Source of the DNA: a virus
Lineage: Duplodnaviria; Heunggongvirae; Uroviricota; Caudoviricetes
Length of the DNA: 64,000 bases
Strand: one strand, 5' to 3'
IMG/VR virus record: IMGVR_UViG_3300029605_000001
Numbering within the stretch: the first letter of the stretch is position 1; the number at the start of each line of letters is the position of its first letter. The notes under the pieces are model-generated. The model had not been told where the DNA came from. It searched no databases and saw only the letters and a program-made list of their open reading frames with translations. Below are positions 10,056-20,363 of this stretch, one piece after another. Both the position numbers and the translations under genes were made by a program.

Positions 10056-10224
10056 AGATAGGAATATTAGTAATTTTATTAAATGTATCTCTAGGTATAA
10101 TTAATTTTTCATCTTCAGTCAACTCATCATAACTATTTACATCTCTAATTGAATAATTAAAGTGATCTATTAACATAAATAATATGTCTTTTGTTAAATC
10201 ATCAGCCTGTAAATTAGTTTTCAT
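10036..10224 (-). CDS. hypothetical protein
   Basis: 62-aa minus-strand ORF. Confidence 0.2.
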   Translation of the reverse strand: MKTNLQADDLTKDILFMLIDHFNYSIRDVNSYDELTEDEKLIIPRDTFNKITNIPIYESKNL

Positions 10225-10724
10225 GCTTGTAGAACTTTAGGAATAAAATTCCCATCTTCAATTACAAGGTAATTCTTATATCCAAGAGAATCACATAACC
10301 ATATATTTTGATTTCCTAATGTAGCTGCTTTCATATTAACTATTTTACTAGTTGTTGTATGCCCTACAACCTGATCATACCCTTTAATATTACAACTACA
10401 TAATGTACCAGGCCTAATCCAAGTTGGAGGTTGAGTTTCTGAATCTCCATAATAATCCAACGGACTATCAGGTGTAAATCCAAATTCTTCTCTTAGGCCA
10501 TAGTCATTAATGTTATGAACATCAGACTCCTTTAAGATTTTCTCCAGCCATACCTTAGATACTCCAGCGTGAGAAAATATAGTTTTTAATTCATCATCTA
10601 TATATACCCAATCGGTTAGTTTAGTAAATCTCATTAGAAACTCAGCACTACTCATTCCAAATGCAACCTCCCTATCATAACCACTACACTCTGCCCAATA
10701 ATATCCTAGATGCTGTGTATCCTT
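10221..10724 (-). CDS. Ser/Thr protein phosphatase (calcineurin-like metallophosphatase), exon 2
   Basis: IFSHAG, PPTWIRPG, GYDQVVGHTTT match the C-terminal half of lambda-PPase/PrpE-type phosphatases. The frame stays open upstream of the listed Met to a TAA at about 10725. Confidence 0.6.
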   Translation of the reverse strand, partial: KDTQHLGYYWAECSGYDREVAFGMSSAEFLMRFTKLTDWVYIDDELKTIFSHAGVSKVWLEKILKESDVHNINDYGLREEFGFTPDSPLDYYGDSETQPPTWIRPGTLCSCNIKGYDQVVGHTTTSKIVNMKAATLGNQNIWLCDSLGYKNYLVIEDGNFIPKVLQA

Positions 10725-11769
10725 TTATGTTTATATTAGTTCGTTAAGCTAATATCAATAGGGTAGTTCATACCCATAGCTCATACTTCCTTATTCGTAT
10801 GAGAACTGACTATCTCACACCCTCGACTTTACTCGTTAGGGGCCGCGCATTTCGAACCACTTGATTCTACTCCCATTTCAGGGATAGTCGATGAGCCTTC
10901 CTCTAATACAGAGGCTTGGTTGACGATTGGCATCTCAGCCGTCTCCTCAGTTAACACGGTTTCGACAGATGATTTCTCATCTGAAGCACAAAATATTTCT
11001 TCAAACTTTAATCTTTTTTCATTACACCAAATAGGAGATTTAGAATACATATACTCGTAAAGACTTCTAGCCTAACCTCTTCCAGAATATTCCATAGTAC
11101 ATACTTTGTTACAGGTAGGAGTATTTAGATTTTTGGCTTTAGAGTAATTTAGTTTAGTCTTTCTTTTTACTATTCCCTTGCTTACAAGAAACTCTTGAAG
11201 TGGTTCAATGAAAGAAATGCATCCAGTAAATGTAAATTTTACGTTATGGACTATTCTTTCCCTCATCTCTCCTGGCTTCTTTTCGTTCTTAACCCACATT
11301 TTCTTTCTTTTACCATTCCAAATACATCCGTCTCCATCAAAATATCCTAATATAAAGGATGACATAAGTTCGCCCGGTATAAACTATGGAAAATTAAGTA
11401 ATAAAGATTTGTTTCTTGGTACTCCTAGATTAACTAAATCCTAACATAATTTTTTGCTATTGATACTTAGTCTGTACACGCCAGGGCTATATGTTCTAAT
11501 AGGGTAATTAGAATCTAGTGCTTTGTTAATTTTCTCTAGTATATCAACTCTTTCTTCTATTTGGTCTAATTCTAGGCAATCCTATCTATTATACCCGTCT
11601 GCGTATATAAACCCCAATATATACGCCTATTCGTGAGTTTTTAACTCACTAAAGTAGTTTTCGTTAAAATCATATTTTCTATACATACAATTAAATAATT
11701 TTGTTTATAGGTAAATATAGTATGATTTCCTCAGATTACCAAATTAAAGTTTGTAATTTTATGATTGCC
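10725..11769 (-). mobile_element. group I-type intron in the phosphatase gene carrying a LAGLIDADG ORF
   Basis: N-terminal phosphatase motifs at 11770-11858 and C-terminal half at 10221-10724 are separated by about 1 kb. That segment holds a GC-rich core (about 10750-10960) and a LAGLIDADG ORF. Confidence 0.45.
11072..11365 (-). CDS. LAGLIDADG homing endonuclease (single-motif)
   Basis: MSSFILGYFDGDGCIW. An upstream in-frame TAG-containing extension exists, but its coding status is unclear. Confidence 0.6.
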   Translation of the reverse strand: MSSFILGYFDGDGCIWNGKRKKMWVKNEKKPGEMRERIVHNVKFTFTGCISFIEPLQEFLVSKGIVKRKTKLNYSKAKNLNTPTCNKVCTMEYSGRG

Positions 11770-11858
11770 ACGTAATAGAATTACCTTGTCAGGGTTTTCT
11801 ATAATATCATTCCATATTAAACGACCATGGATATCTCCTAGTACTACTATTTTCATAT
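11770..11858 (-). CDS. Ser/Thr protein phosphatase, exon 1 (GDxHG motif)
   Basis: From ATG 11856-11858: MKIVVLGDIHGRLIWNDIIENPDKVILL... The exact 3' end of the exon is uncertain. Confidence 0.5.
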
Positions 11859-12038
11859 ATCTTTATCTTTTAATCTAGAGTATTTAACACTCTTAATTTT
11901 CCTATTCTTATAAATTAGTGTGGAATTAGCTATATCTTCATATTTATTATCTGTAATATTAACTTTTAGCTTAAGATCTCCAGAATTTATCAATGACTTA
12001 AGTAAGTCTACTATTTCTTTGTCAGTAAATTTATTCAT
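11853..12038 (-). CDS. hypothetical protein
   Basis: 61-aa minus-strand ORF. Confidence 0.2.
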   Translation of the reverse strand: MNKFTDKEIVDLLKSLINSGDLKLKVNITDNKYEDIANSTLIYKNRKIKSVKYSRLKDKDI

Positions 12039-12318
12039 TTATATATGATAATAAATTAGTTATTACACTTTCAGATTCAGTATAGAAAGCTTTTATTGGT
12101 CTATCTTTGTCAAATACTATAGCAAAAGGATCTAGCTTAGCTCCCCAATAAGACTTAAGTTTAAATGCTTGTTTCCTACTCTTATTAGATGATGTATCAA
12201 GCAAATGTACCTTTATATCTTCAAGTTTATCATTGTTAATAAATTCCTTAACTTGCTCAGGATCATTATATGTAATAAATATATCTGTGATCATAATAAT
12301 ATAATATAAAATCCGCAA
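12031..12318 (-). CDS. hypothetical protein
   Basis: 95-aa minus-strand ORF. Confidence 0.3.
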   Translation of the reverse strand: MRILYYIIMITDIFITYNDPEQVKEFINNDKLEDIKVHLLDTSSNKSRKQAFKLKSYWGAKLDPFAIVFDKDRPIKAFYTESESVITNLLSYINE

Positions 12319-12485
12319 ATAATTCCAACTAAGATATCTGGAATCCCTATTAATAAAAATAGAGTATTTGCCTTATATTTATCATAAGGCAAAATACTCT
12401 TTTCTTCAAAATATCTCTGTACTATTATCCATATAATAGATTTAATTAAGCATATAAATAATAATAAATATCCAATTATTACCAT
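12291..12485 (-). CDS. small predicted membrane protein
   Basis: 64 aa, two hydrophobic helices (VIIGYLLLFICLIKSIIWIIV..., LFLLIGIPDILVGIICGFYIILL). Confidence 0.3.
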   Translation of the reverse strand: MVIIGYLLLFICLIKSIIWIIVQRYFEEKSILPYDKYKANTLFLLIGIPDILVGIICGFYIILL

Positions 12486-12488
12486 AAA

Positions 12489-14288
12489 TTAATCACACTT
12501 ACTATAGGAGCAATTATTACACTGTATACATCCTCCTGTATGAATAAGAGTTTTTTCATGACAGTTTGGACACTCTTCTAGATCTATTACTTCTCTAGTT
12601 GTTAACTCGGTATTAGAAGTTTTATCACTATCAATAATACTTAGTACCTTATTATGCATTTCCTTTAATGCTTTACCTACAGCTACAGGACAACAAGAAC
12701 CAGGAGAGGTATCCTTTTTAGTAGCAGTTCTAACTGCGTAAGAAGGACATACACCACAAGATTTTAGTTGATCAAGAATATCATCAATCTTAATACCTCC
12801 TCTAGCAGATAATGAGATTAATCTAGAAAGACCAATCATAAAATTCTGGCATCCTCCTAATGAACCTTTACTCAAGTAACACTCTCTGAGTTCTCCATTA
12901 GATGGTTCGAAATAAGCACAACAATGTAATGTACCACATCCAGTCATTAAAGTACTTTTGAGTCCTATCCAGTTATTTCCAGCTTTTATAATCTCTCCCC
13001 TACCTAAGGATTTTGGCTGATGTTTTTCTTCTATCTTATCTGCTGGTTTTTCTGTAGTAAGAATACCCTCTCTCATACACCCACTTCTATATATTGTAAT
13101 TCCTTTCAACCCATATTTCCAAGCTTTAACATATATATTATATACATCTTCAACAGTGGCAGAGTTAGGAAGATTTATAGTAGAACTAATAGAAGCGTCA
13201 GTATACTCCTGTAAAATACTTTGCACCTTAATCCTATCAACTGGATTAATATCTTTTGACTCAATAAAATAACTAGGTAATTTACTATCCTTACTAGGAT
13301 CAACTCTAGAATAATAATCATCTACTATTTTAAGATTAACTTCATAGAAGGTATCTTCACCGTTAAGGGTTTGAGTTTTTCTAGTATATTTAAGTGCAAA
13401 ATTTGGTTCAACTCCTGTACTTACTTGTAGCATAGTAGCTATACTACCAGTAGGAGCACAGGTTAATAATTGACTATTATATAATCCATACTGCTTTATC
13501 TCTTTTATTAGATTTCCATCACACACAGCTTTAATAAATGAAGAATTAGATACTAGCTCTTTATTACACATAGGATATGGTCCATATATCTTTGCCAAAT
13601 CTATAGATGCCTTTATGGCAGATACTGCAATACATTTATATACATCATTAAGTAATGCTAATGATTTTTCAGAACCATATGTTAATCCTAACTTAATTAG
13701 CATATCAGCCATACCCATTGTCCCAAGACCAATTTGTCTCCAAGTTCTAACAGAATCTCTTTGTTCTCTTAAAGGATGTAATTCAATACCCTCATTAAGT
13801 ACATCATTTAATCCCTTGACTACTATTATAACTGCATTAGATAAATCCTTGTAATCTACTGACGCTAATGGAGTAAACGCATCCTTAACAAATTCACTCA
13901 AATTTATACTGCCTAGTAAGCAACTACCTCCAGCAGGTAAGGGCTCTTCAGCACAAGGATTTACTCCAGCATAAGAGAAAAATTCATTATTATCTAGCAT
14001 ATTATACTGAGAGATTCTATCCCAATATAAAAGCCCGGGTTCAGCCCATTCCCAATTACGTTTAGCAAGTAATTTAAGTAGATATTTAGCTTTAAAAGTC
14101 CTAGAAATAGTTCCAGTCTTAGGGCTAGTATAAGTAGCTACCCAATCTTCATCATTGATGGCAGCTTTCATAAATTCATCGGTAACTCTAATACTTATAT
14201 TAGCCTTTTCACATACTCCTTGTTGAGTTTTTAAATTAATAAAATCCTCAATATCAGGATGAGAGCAGTTAATACTAATCATCAATGC
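12489..14288 (-). CDS. nrdJ: ribonucleotide reductase class II (adenosylcobalamin-dependent), exon 2
   Basis: Begins ALMISINCSHPDIEDFI, continuing the GRRG end of exon 1. C-terminal Cys-rich tail with CPNCHEKTLIHTGGCIQCNNC. Confidence 0.85.
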   Translation of the reverse strand, partial: ALMISINCSHPDIEDFINLKTQQGVCEKANISIRVTDEFMKAAINDEDWVATYTSPKTGTISRTFKAKYLLKLLAKRNWEWAEPGLLYWDRISQYNMLDNNEFFSYAGVNPCAEEPLPAGGSCLLGSINLSEFVKDAFTPLASVDYKDLSNAVIIVVKGLNDVLNEGIELHPLREQRDSVRTWRQIGLGTMGMADMLIKLGLTYGSEKSLALLNDVYKCIAVSAIKASIDLAKIYGPYPMCNKELVSNSSFIKAVCDGNLIKEIKQYGLYNSQLLTCAPTGSIATMLQVSTGVEPNFALKYTRKTQTLNGEDTFYEVNLKIVDDYYSRVDPSKDSKLPSYFIESKDINPVDRIKVQSILQEYTDASISSTINLPNSATVEDVYNIYVKAWKYGLKGITIYRSGCMREGILTTEKPADKIEEKHQPKSLGRGEIIKAGNNWIGLKSTLMTGCGTLHCCAYFEPSNGELRECYLSKGSLGGCQNFMIGLSRLISLSARGGIKIDDILDQLKSCGVCPSYAVRTATKKDTSPGSCCPVAVGKALKEMHNKVLSIIDSDKTSNTELTTREVIDLEECPNCHEKTLIHTGGCIQCNNCSYSKCD

Positions 14289-15115
14289 CATATCAATAAT
14301 TTGATATTAGACTATCTCTTAGTAGAAAACTATGCTTTTCTACCCTGTGCACTTCCATAGGAGAATTTCACTCCTTATGTACTCTACTCGGTTCTTCACT
14401 AGTAGCTGTACTAGTTACCCTTTCGATAGTCGTTACACTTTCATCTGTAAATTCTATTTTATAACCCTTAAATTTTCCTCTATTCGGAGAATACGGACTT
14501 GACTTAACTAACCAATGTTGAAAAGTAGTTGGGTTTTTATAGCCATAAAATCTAGAAGCCTCACTCATATTTGGAAATATAATTATATTTCCATCTGGGT
14601 CAGTTACTTTAATTCGTTTTATAGCAGCATAAGTACAATTATCATATCCATGTTGTGTATTATAACTAACTGTACACCATTCTAAATTTTCAACTGTGTT
14701 ATTTTTCTTATTTAAGTCTTTATGATTGACTACAGTACATCCTTCTACTTCAGGAATATATTTTAGAGCAACTAGTCTGTGTACTCTAAACGGATGTCTA
14801 TCCCCGTTTTCATTATAAATTAATGATACATCATAGTAACCATCCTTATCTTCTCTAAATTTTAAGTATCTACTTGTATAAGGACTATAAACTTTACCAT
14901 CTCTAGAGATGTCATAATGTTCCAAGACATATTTTTCTTTTTCAGTCATATTTGTAATATTTTATATTTAACATTACAAATTTAAACATTATGATTTAGA
15001 ATTACAAATGTTTAGCACGGTATTTTATTTCAAAAATAATTCACCGTTAGCAACCTAAAATGGTCACACCCTATATTTATAGGTTCACACAGTTACGAGG
15101 CACATTTTAAGGCTT
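14289..15115 (-). mobile_element. group I intron in the class II RNR gene carrying an HNH endonuclease
   Basis: Exon 1 ends ...SGRRG (ggt, ending in U). The intron ends ...gatatG just before gca ttg atg (ALM). The in-frame stop follows 2 codons after RRG. Confidence 0.7.
14368..14949 (-). CDS. HNH homing endonuclease (intron-encoded)
   Basis: HNH motif HRLVALKYIPEVEGCTVVNHKDLNKKNNTVENLEWCTVSYNTQHG. Confidence 0.75.
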   Translation of the reverse strand: MTEKEKYVLEHYDISRDGKVYSPYTSRYLKFREDKDGYYDVSLIYNENGDRHPFRVHRLVALKYIPEVEGCTVVNHKDLNKKNNTVENLEWCTVSYNTQHGYDNCTYAAIKRIKVTDPDGNIIIFPNMSEASRFYGYKNPTTFQHWLVKSSPYSPNRGKFKGYKIEFTDESVTTIERVTSTATSEEPSRVHKE

Positions 15116-15559
15116 ACCTCGGCGGCCACTCTGGCCAATTAATCCAGTAATGTAACTATAAAAGTCCATAAAACTTACAGCTCCTGAAGTACTTTTAGCC
15201 GCATTGTGAACAATTGCCCCCTTAGGTCTTAAGTTACTTATATCTATTCCACATCCTCCTCCATAGCTATATGTTCTAGCTAATTTACTTCCAGTTTCAA
15301 AAATTGACTCTATACTATCTTCAGGTGGGGAAATAACATAACAGTTACTATATGTAACTTTTCTATCTTTTAGCCCTCTACTTGCTAAAATTCTCCCCCC
15401 ATATAAAAATTTCTTATTTAAAATTAAGTTTTTAATCTCTGGAGTTTTATTACTTATTCTATCTACCCATTCATCAAAAGTCTCATTATTCTGTTGATAT
15501 TTTTTATGCCAAATATCAAGAGCTAACTGATTATTTTCAAGCCATTTTTCTACTGTCAT
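15107..15559 (-). CDS. nrdJ: ribonucleotide reductase class II, exon 1 (N-terminal 147 aa; exon ends near 15116)
   Basis: KFLYGGRILAS, SNCYVI, SYGGGCGIDISNLRPKGA, TSGAVSFMDF, GQSGRRG. Confidence 0.85.
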   Translation of the reverse strand: MTVEKWLENNQLALDIWHKKYQQNNETFDEWVDRISNKTPEIKNLILNKKFLYGGRILASRGLKDRKVTYSNCYVISPPEDSIESIFETGSKLARTYSYGGGCGIDISNLRPKGAIVHNAAKSTSGAVSFMDFYSYITGLIGQSGRRGKP

Positions 15560-15620
15560 AAGTAATTATTTATTAAGGTTAGAATGTAAATATAATAAAA
15601 AATATTTACATTACAAAATA

Positions 15621-16403
15621 TTATTGTAACTGTAATATATCTCTTAATAATAATATCTTCTCTGCCTTATTTATTATATCTCTAGTGTCAGAATTACTTA
15701 TAATTTCAGTAAATGCATTATATACATTAAACATGGAAGTAGGCTTTCCTTGCGGAACATAGTATTTAGAATCAGGATTTACGTATAGCAACTTATAAGC
15801 ATCTATAGCTGCACTTGTCGCCAGTTTAACTTTTCCATATCCAGTATCATATGATACTTTTATAGCATTTCGTACCCATACTCCTAGATTGTTATTTATA
15901 ATATCTTCATCGTAAGGAACCTCTATATTAGTTAGTTTATCTAACCATGATTTAATATCTGAGGTTTGTTCCATTATACGACCTATACAATCATAGTTTA
16001 CTGGTTTTTCAGGTTCTATACTTTTTACGTCTAAGAAAGTAGGATTAAATATACATAAATTCAAGCATGCCATATTAAGAGCACCTCTATATATCTTTAT
16101 GATAGGTTTACGAACATCTAATCCATATACCATACCAATCACCTCTTTGTGATTGTGAAAACTAAGTTCCTCAGGTAAAATAGCCTGTATCCAGACACGA
16201 TTAAATATTGTATCTTCTTGATTTTTATCTTCGTGTTTAGTTAAACTTAACTGATTAGATTCTCTAGCTTGAATTACAAAATCACTTGTAAAACGAGACA
16301 TTCTTTCTAAAAATGGAGTAACATAAGCTTCTGTACTTAAATACTCACTCCCTTTAATAATAGTAGCTTTTCCTTTTAATAACTCATTAAGAGTTAAATT
16401 CAT
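15621..16403 (-). CDS. hypothetical protein
   Basis: 260-aa minus-strand ORF; no confident motif. Confidence 0.35.
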   Translation of the reverse strand: MNLTLNELLKGKATIIKGSEYLSTEAYVTPFLERMSRFTSDFVIQARESNQLSLTKHEDKNQEDTIFNRVWIQAILPEELSFHNHKEVIGMVYGLDVRKPIIKIYRGALNMACLNLCIFNPTFLDVKSIEPEKPVNYDCIGRIMEQTSDIKSWLDKLTNIEVPYDEDIINNNLGVWVRNAIKVSYDTGYGKVKLATSAAIDAYKLLYVNPDSKYYVPQGKPTSMFNVYNAFTEIISNSDTRDIINKAEKILLLRDILQLQ

Positions 16404-16458
16404 ATTATATAGTACTTATTAGGTTAAATTTATAGCATAGTACACTATGCTATTTAAT

Positions 16459-18075
16459 CTACACATTCTCAAAGGTACCTCTTAATAAATTATCTCCAAT
16501 GAATAAATCGTAAGACATTCCATATGAATTTCTACTGAAGTTGTAATTAGAATAGTCTGAAGCTCCAAATAGACTCAAAACATTTCTGTAATCTAACCTT
16601 TTACAGGAATTAAGAGAGTTAGAATGTAAATCTCCTTTAATAAAATGAACTCCATTTCCATGAATATTCATTTCATGCAGCCATTCATAAAGCATTACTT
16701 TTGATTTATCATCTAAGTTAAGAGGCAAACCCTTCTTCATATATTGATCGTCTTTACCATGACAACATATAAATACATGATCATTCTGATTAAATACTCC
16801 AAAGAATTCTTCCCACAGTACAGTATTAATGTCAGGATACTTAGCATTTACTATACTTAGTAGAGTTTTATTACACATATATTCCATAATTCCTCCATGA
16901 TTCCCAGTCGGAACAGAATATATATTAACACTTGAACTTACTTTATTGATAACTATGGAGTCAATGAACCACAACATTATACTAATAAAACTGTTAGCTT
17001 GTTCCCTTGCATCCATATTTTCTGGCATTACATGATCAAGTCTAGCAGTTTTCCCAGTAACTCCGCAACAGTCTACATTATCTCCCATTAAGACTAGATT
17101 CATAGTATCAAATGTTCCTACTTGCTGCAGTTTGTTAAGTATAACTGTCAATCTTCTTTTTATTTCATTGATTCCATATTCTGAGTTCTCTTTATATAGA
17201 ACACCTGAAGTTACCTTAGCACCTATATGCATATCAGATATATAGAGATTTATTGACTTTCCAGTTCTGTCATTTTTAGAAAGTCTAATAGGATTTATAT
17301 TATCAGGAATATTTATTGAGAAATTTGATAAATTTCGTAATTCATTCTTTAACTCTATATTTTCTTGAGCATATTTCTTTAAAAGTTTCTCGTTATTTCT
17401 TATTTGATCCTCTTCAGCTTTTCTCAGGAAACTATTTTCCTTTTCCCTTAACTGAATTTCTCTCAGTTCATCTTCTGTACACTCCTCAATCATATGAGGT
17501 GCAAATGGAGCTGAAGCTTTAGTAATATTAAATGCACGAAGTATCCTTTTAAAATCAATTAAAGATAGATCACCAAAGTGTCTAGATATAACTCTTTGAG
17601 TTAATGAATCTCCATAATAAGAATATAACCTATGAATTGTATTCATTTCTTCTCTAGTAAGATTGCCTACTAAAGATGGTTTATTTCTTCTATATATTTG
17701 ATAATGATAAGACGAAATCTTTCCTGTTTCATCCCTTATAAAAGCAACCTTGGATTTATCATCTGTATCAAGTATTTCCTTAGAATTTAACTTATGACAG
17801 GTTACTTCATTATATAATTTTATAAGTTCCTCTATTTCTCTAGATTCTTCATTATTTTGTTTCTTTAAAGTAGATATAGTACTTACTATATTATTGTAAC
17901 TTAAGTTATTTTCAGCACAATATTTACTTAATTTTTTTCCACTAGCTTTTACATCTAGTAGTATTTTAGCGTATTTTACAATAGTTGATTGTTTCATATT
18001 TTTAATTGATTTATTCAAACTTAAATTAAGGTAGTTACACCGAAAAATAAAAAAAACGGCCACCATATTATACAA
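16459..18075 (-). CDS. calcineurin-like metallophosphoesterase domain protein (possible Mre11/SbcD-type nuclease) with N-terminal DNA-binding-like region
   Basis: YISDMHIG, LMGDNVD, TGNHG, ICCHGKDD phosphoesterase motifs. Confidence 0.5.
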   Translation of the reverse strand: MYNMVAVFFIFRCNYLNLSLNKSIKNMKQSTIVKYAKILLDVKASGKKLSKYCAENNLSYNNIVSTISTLKKQNNEESREIEELIKLYNEVTCHKLNSKEILDTDDKSKVAFIRDETGKISSYHYQIYRRNKPSLVGNLTREEMNTIHRLYSYYGDSLTQRVISRHFGDLSLIDFKRILRAFNITKASAPFAPHMIEECTEDELREIQLREKENSFLRKAEEDQIRNNEKLLKKYAQENIELKNELRNLSNFSINIPDNINPIRLSKNDRTGKSINLYISDMHIGAKVTSGVLYKENSEYGINEIKRRLTVILNKLQQVGTFDTMNLVLMGDNVDCCGVTGKTARLDHVMPENMDAREQANSFISIMLWFIDSIVINKVSSSVNIYSVPTGNHGGIMEYMCNKTLLSIVNAKYPDINTVLWEEFFGVFNQNDHVFICCHGKDDQYMKKGLPLNLDDKSKVMLYEWLHEMNIHGNGVHFIKGDLHSNSLNSCKRLDYRNVLSLFGASDYSNYNFSRNSYGMSYDLFIGDNLLRGTFENV

Positions 18076-18088
18076 TATGGCAGCCGTC
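18043..18088 (-). terminator. intrinsic terminator downstream of gene 18110..18691
   Basis: On the minus strand: hairpin ACGGCTGCCATATTGTATAATATGGTGGCCGT followed by a run of eight or more T. Confidence 0.5.
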
Positions 18089-18109
18089 TTATAGTAAAGT
18101 AATTAAGAA

Positions 18110-18691
18110 TTATCCTCTTTCAATTCCGAAGACAATATAGCTTCCAATTCTTGAGCTTTTAGATGGAGTATAAGTAACCTCAAATGCAGTAGGTTCTCCA
18201 TCAACAACTTGTTTAGTATAGGTACATTTCAAATTACCTTTGAAGCCGTATTCTGTGTAAAGTTCTTTAGCTAATTCCTTAGCTTTAGCTTTAGTTTGAT
18301 CAGTATGAGCAAGAACTGCTCCGGTTTCCTCATCAATTAATTGATAAGTAGTTTTATACTTACGGGCCCCAGATACATTTTTAACATCATCAATACGATA
18401 AGGACGCTCACGAGTATCAGCTATAGCTGCTTCTTGGGTAATTACAAATCCAACACCAGAAACATTCTTAGATTTCTTAGCTAAATAATCCATCATAAAC
18501 CGTTTCTTATCAGCTTCTGTAATAGCCTGAGTTTGTTTCTTTTTCCAGATTTTGTATGCTTGAGTTGCATCACCCATAATATCAAATGGAGCCTTAGCAA
18601 GAGCTTCTTCTTTAGTAGATCCAGTTACTTCAATAGCTTTAAAATTCAAAAATTGTGTCATAATAAAATAAAATTTAAGTTTAAAATTCAA
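18110..18691 (-). CDS. hypothetical protein
   Basis: 193-aa minus-strand ORF. Confidence 0.35.
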   Translation of the reverse strand: MNFKLKFYFIMTQFLNFKAIEVTGSTKEEALAKAPFDIMGDATQAYKIWKKKQTQAITEADKKRFMMDYLAKKSKNVSGVGFVITQEAAIADTRERPYRIDDVKNVSGARKYKTTYQLIDEETGAVLAHTDQTKAKAKELAKELYTEYGFKGNLKCTYTKQVVDGEPTAFEVTYTPSKSSRIGSYIVFGIERG

Positions 18692-18912
18692 AAAACATTA
18701 ATTCGTATTGTCATCTAACATCTAACACTACAAAGTTAATAATTTGCATTTAAAATGTAAAATGAATAACTCTATAATTTATCTTAAACTCTAAATTTTA
18801 TCTAGTTTTTACCTAAAATTAGTACTGCAAATATAACAAATAAGTAATGCTATAAAAAAAGATATATGTTACAAATCTGTTAATTTGTGTTAACTAACTA
18901 TATACTCCAAAT

Positions 18913-19239
18913 TTAAAATGGAGTCCATCCTGACATAATTTCTTTTACCTTTGCTGGGATTTCACTATCTGTTAATCCAAAAGTTAGGAATGAAGAACAC
19001 CCATATGCAAAATCAGAACAAACTATAGATAATCCTACTATAACTTTTTCTGGAACAATATCATTTAGAAGCTTTTTAATTACTTGATAATGACTAGCAT
19101 TTGGGTTTTTTTCTTTTACTTTATGAGTTAGATAGCATAATAATGAAATAACTGCAAATTTGGAATTAATATCAGTACCTAAATAAGATAATGAAAAGTA
19201 TTTAGAATATACTTCTTCTAGTTTTTGATACGAAGACAT
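18913..19239 (-). CDS. hypothetical protein
   Basis: 108-aa minus-strand ORF. Confidence 0.3.
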   Translation of the reverse strand: MSSYQKLEEVYSKYFSLSYLGTDINSKFAVISLLCYLTHKVKEKNPNASHYQVIKKLLNDIVPEKVIVGLSIVCSDFAYGCSSFLTFGLTDSEIPAKVKEIMSGWTPF

Positions 19240-19250
19240 ATATAATATTT

Positions 19251-20140
19251 TTATAGAAATCTATACCCTTCATTATAATAATAAGCAGCTAGTCTAATTA
19301 AGTAAGTAAATTCATTCCATCCATCAATAAAGTCTTTTTTGGTTACTTTATAGACCTTAGTATAATAGTTTGGAATAGTGGATACAACTAAACAATTAGA
19401 TCTTACTAGGCATTTACTCATATTGTAATACTTACTAGCAACTAAACTCAGTAACCAGCTATATATAGCTAGTTCTCTACTATAATGAAACTTAGAGAAA
19501 TTATTTTCAAATTCCGGAAGAATTTTCCCTATAGTTTTAACATCATTTACAGTTATTGTATTGCATTCAGTATCTATGCTATAGTTATCCAGTTTAGCTT
19601 TAATTTTAAAAATAAATGAATTCTCTCCAGGAATTTTTATGTTTAGATCAAGTAATATAGCCTGTTCATTCCCATATATTGGATTAATAAACATTCCTTT
19701 TGGATATAACAAGTCACTTATAGCTTTGTTAGTATTTAAAGCATTTACACATCGTAACACTCTATCCCTACTTTTAGAGTCCAAGTAAATTTGACTTAAA
19801 CCAGTATTAGAAAGAGAGTCTTCATAGGATTTTCTACTACTCCAGTAAGGAGTACATAAACTAATAATGTTATCTATGCGCTCCTTATTAAGCTTTCCTT
19901 TATAGTAGTCTATCTCATTAGATGCTTTAATTATTAATGATTCTGTAATATTTTCTGTTACATAATCATTGTATAAATAATCAGCTATAAATCCTAGTTT
20001 AGCTGTAGGTCTATCAACAGATGTTACTAATTCAAATAATTCAGGTTGTAGCACAAGTTCATGAACTGCACTCTTACCCCTATAGTTTTCACTACTACTA
20101 AGCTTACGTGCACAAGTTTGCTGTTTATCTATATACGATC
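19251..20140 (-). CDS. hypothetical protein (frame open upstream of listed start to about 20140; possibly the downstream exon of a split gene)
   Basis: ORF 19251..20054 starts at a GTG. The same frame is open for about 28 more codons (...SYIDKQQTCARKLSSSENYRGKSAVHELV...). Confidence 0.3.
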
Positions 20141-20363
20141 AACCTCGCCTAGTCATAAACTCGCCTGCACTTCTTAACTTAATATTTGTGGTCTGGACTA
20201 TGTCTTCATCCTATAATAGGATGCACCTGCATCTAGTCTCTGAGGCTGAATCTATTATTATATTCTTCACAAATAAATAATAGCCTATGCCTCCTCAAGT
20301 TAGCATATCAATTTCTTGACTTAGCTTCCGAGGATATTCAGGCGTAATAATAAAAGTAATTAC

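Noticed and set aside
10829-11050. ORF 10829..11050 (73 aa)
   Set aside because: It lies entirely inside the GC-rich, structure-prone core of the phosphatase intron. Its composition reflects GC content rather than coding.
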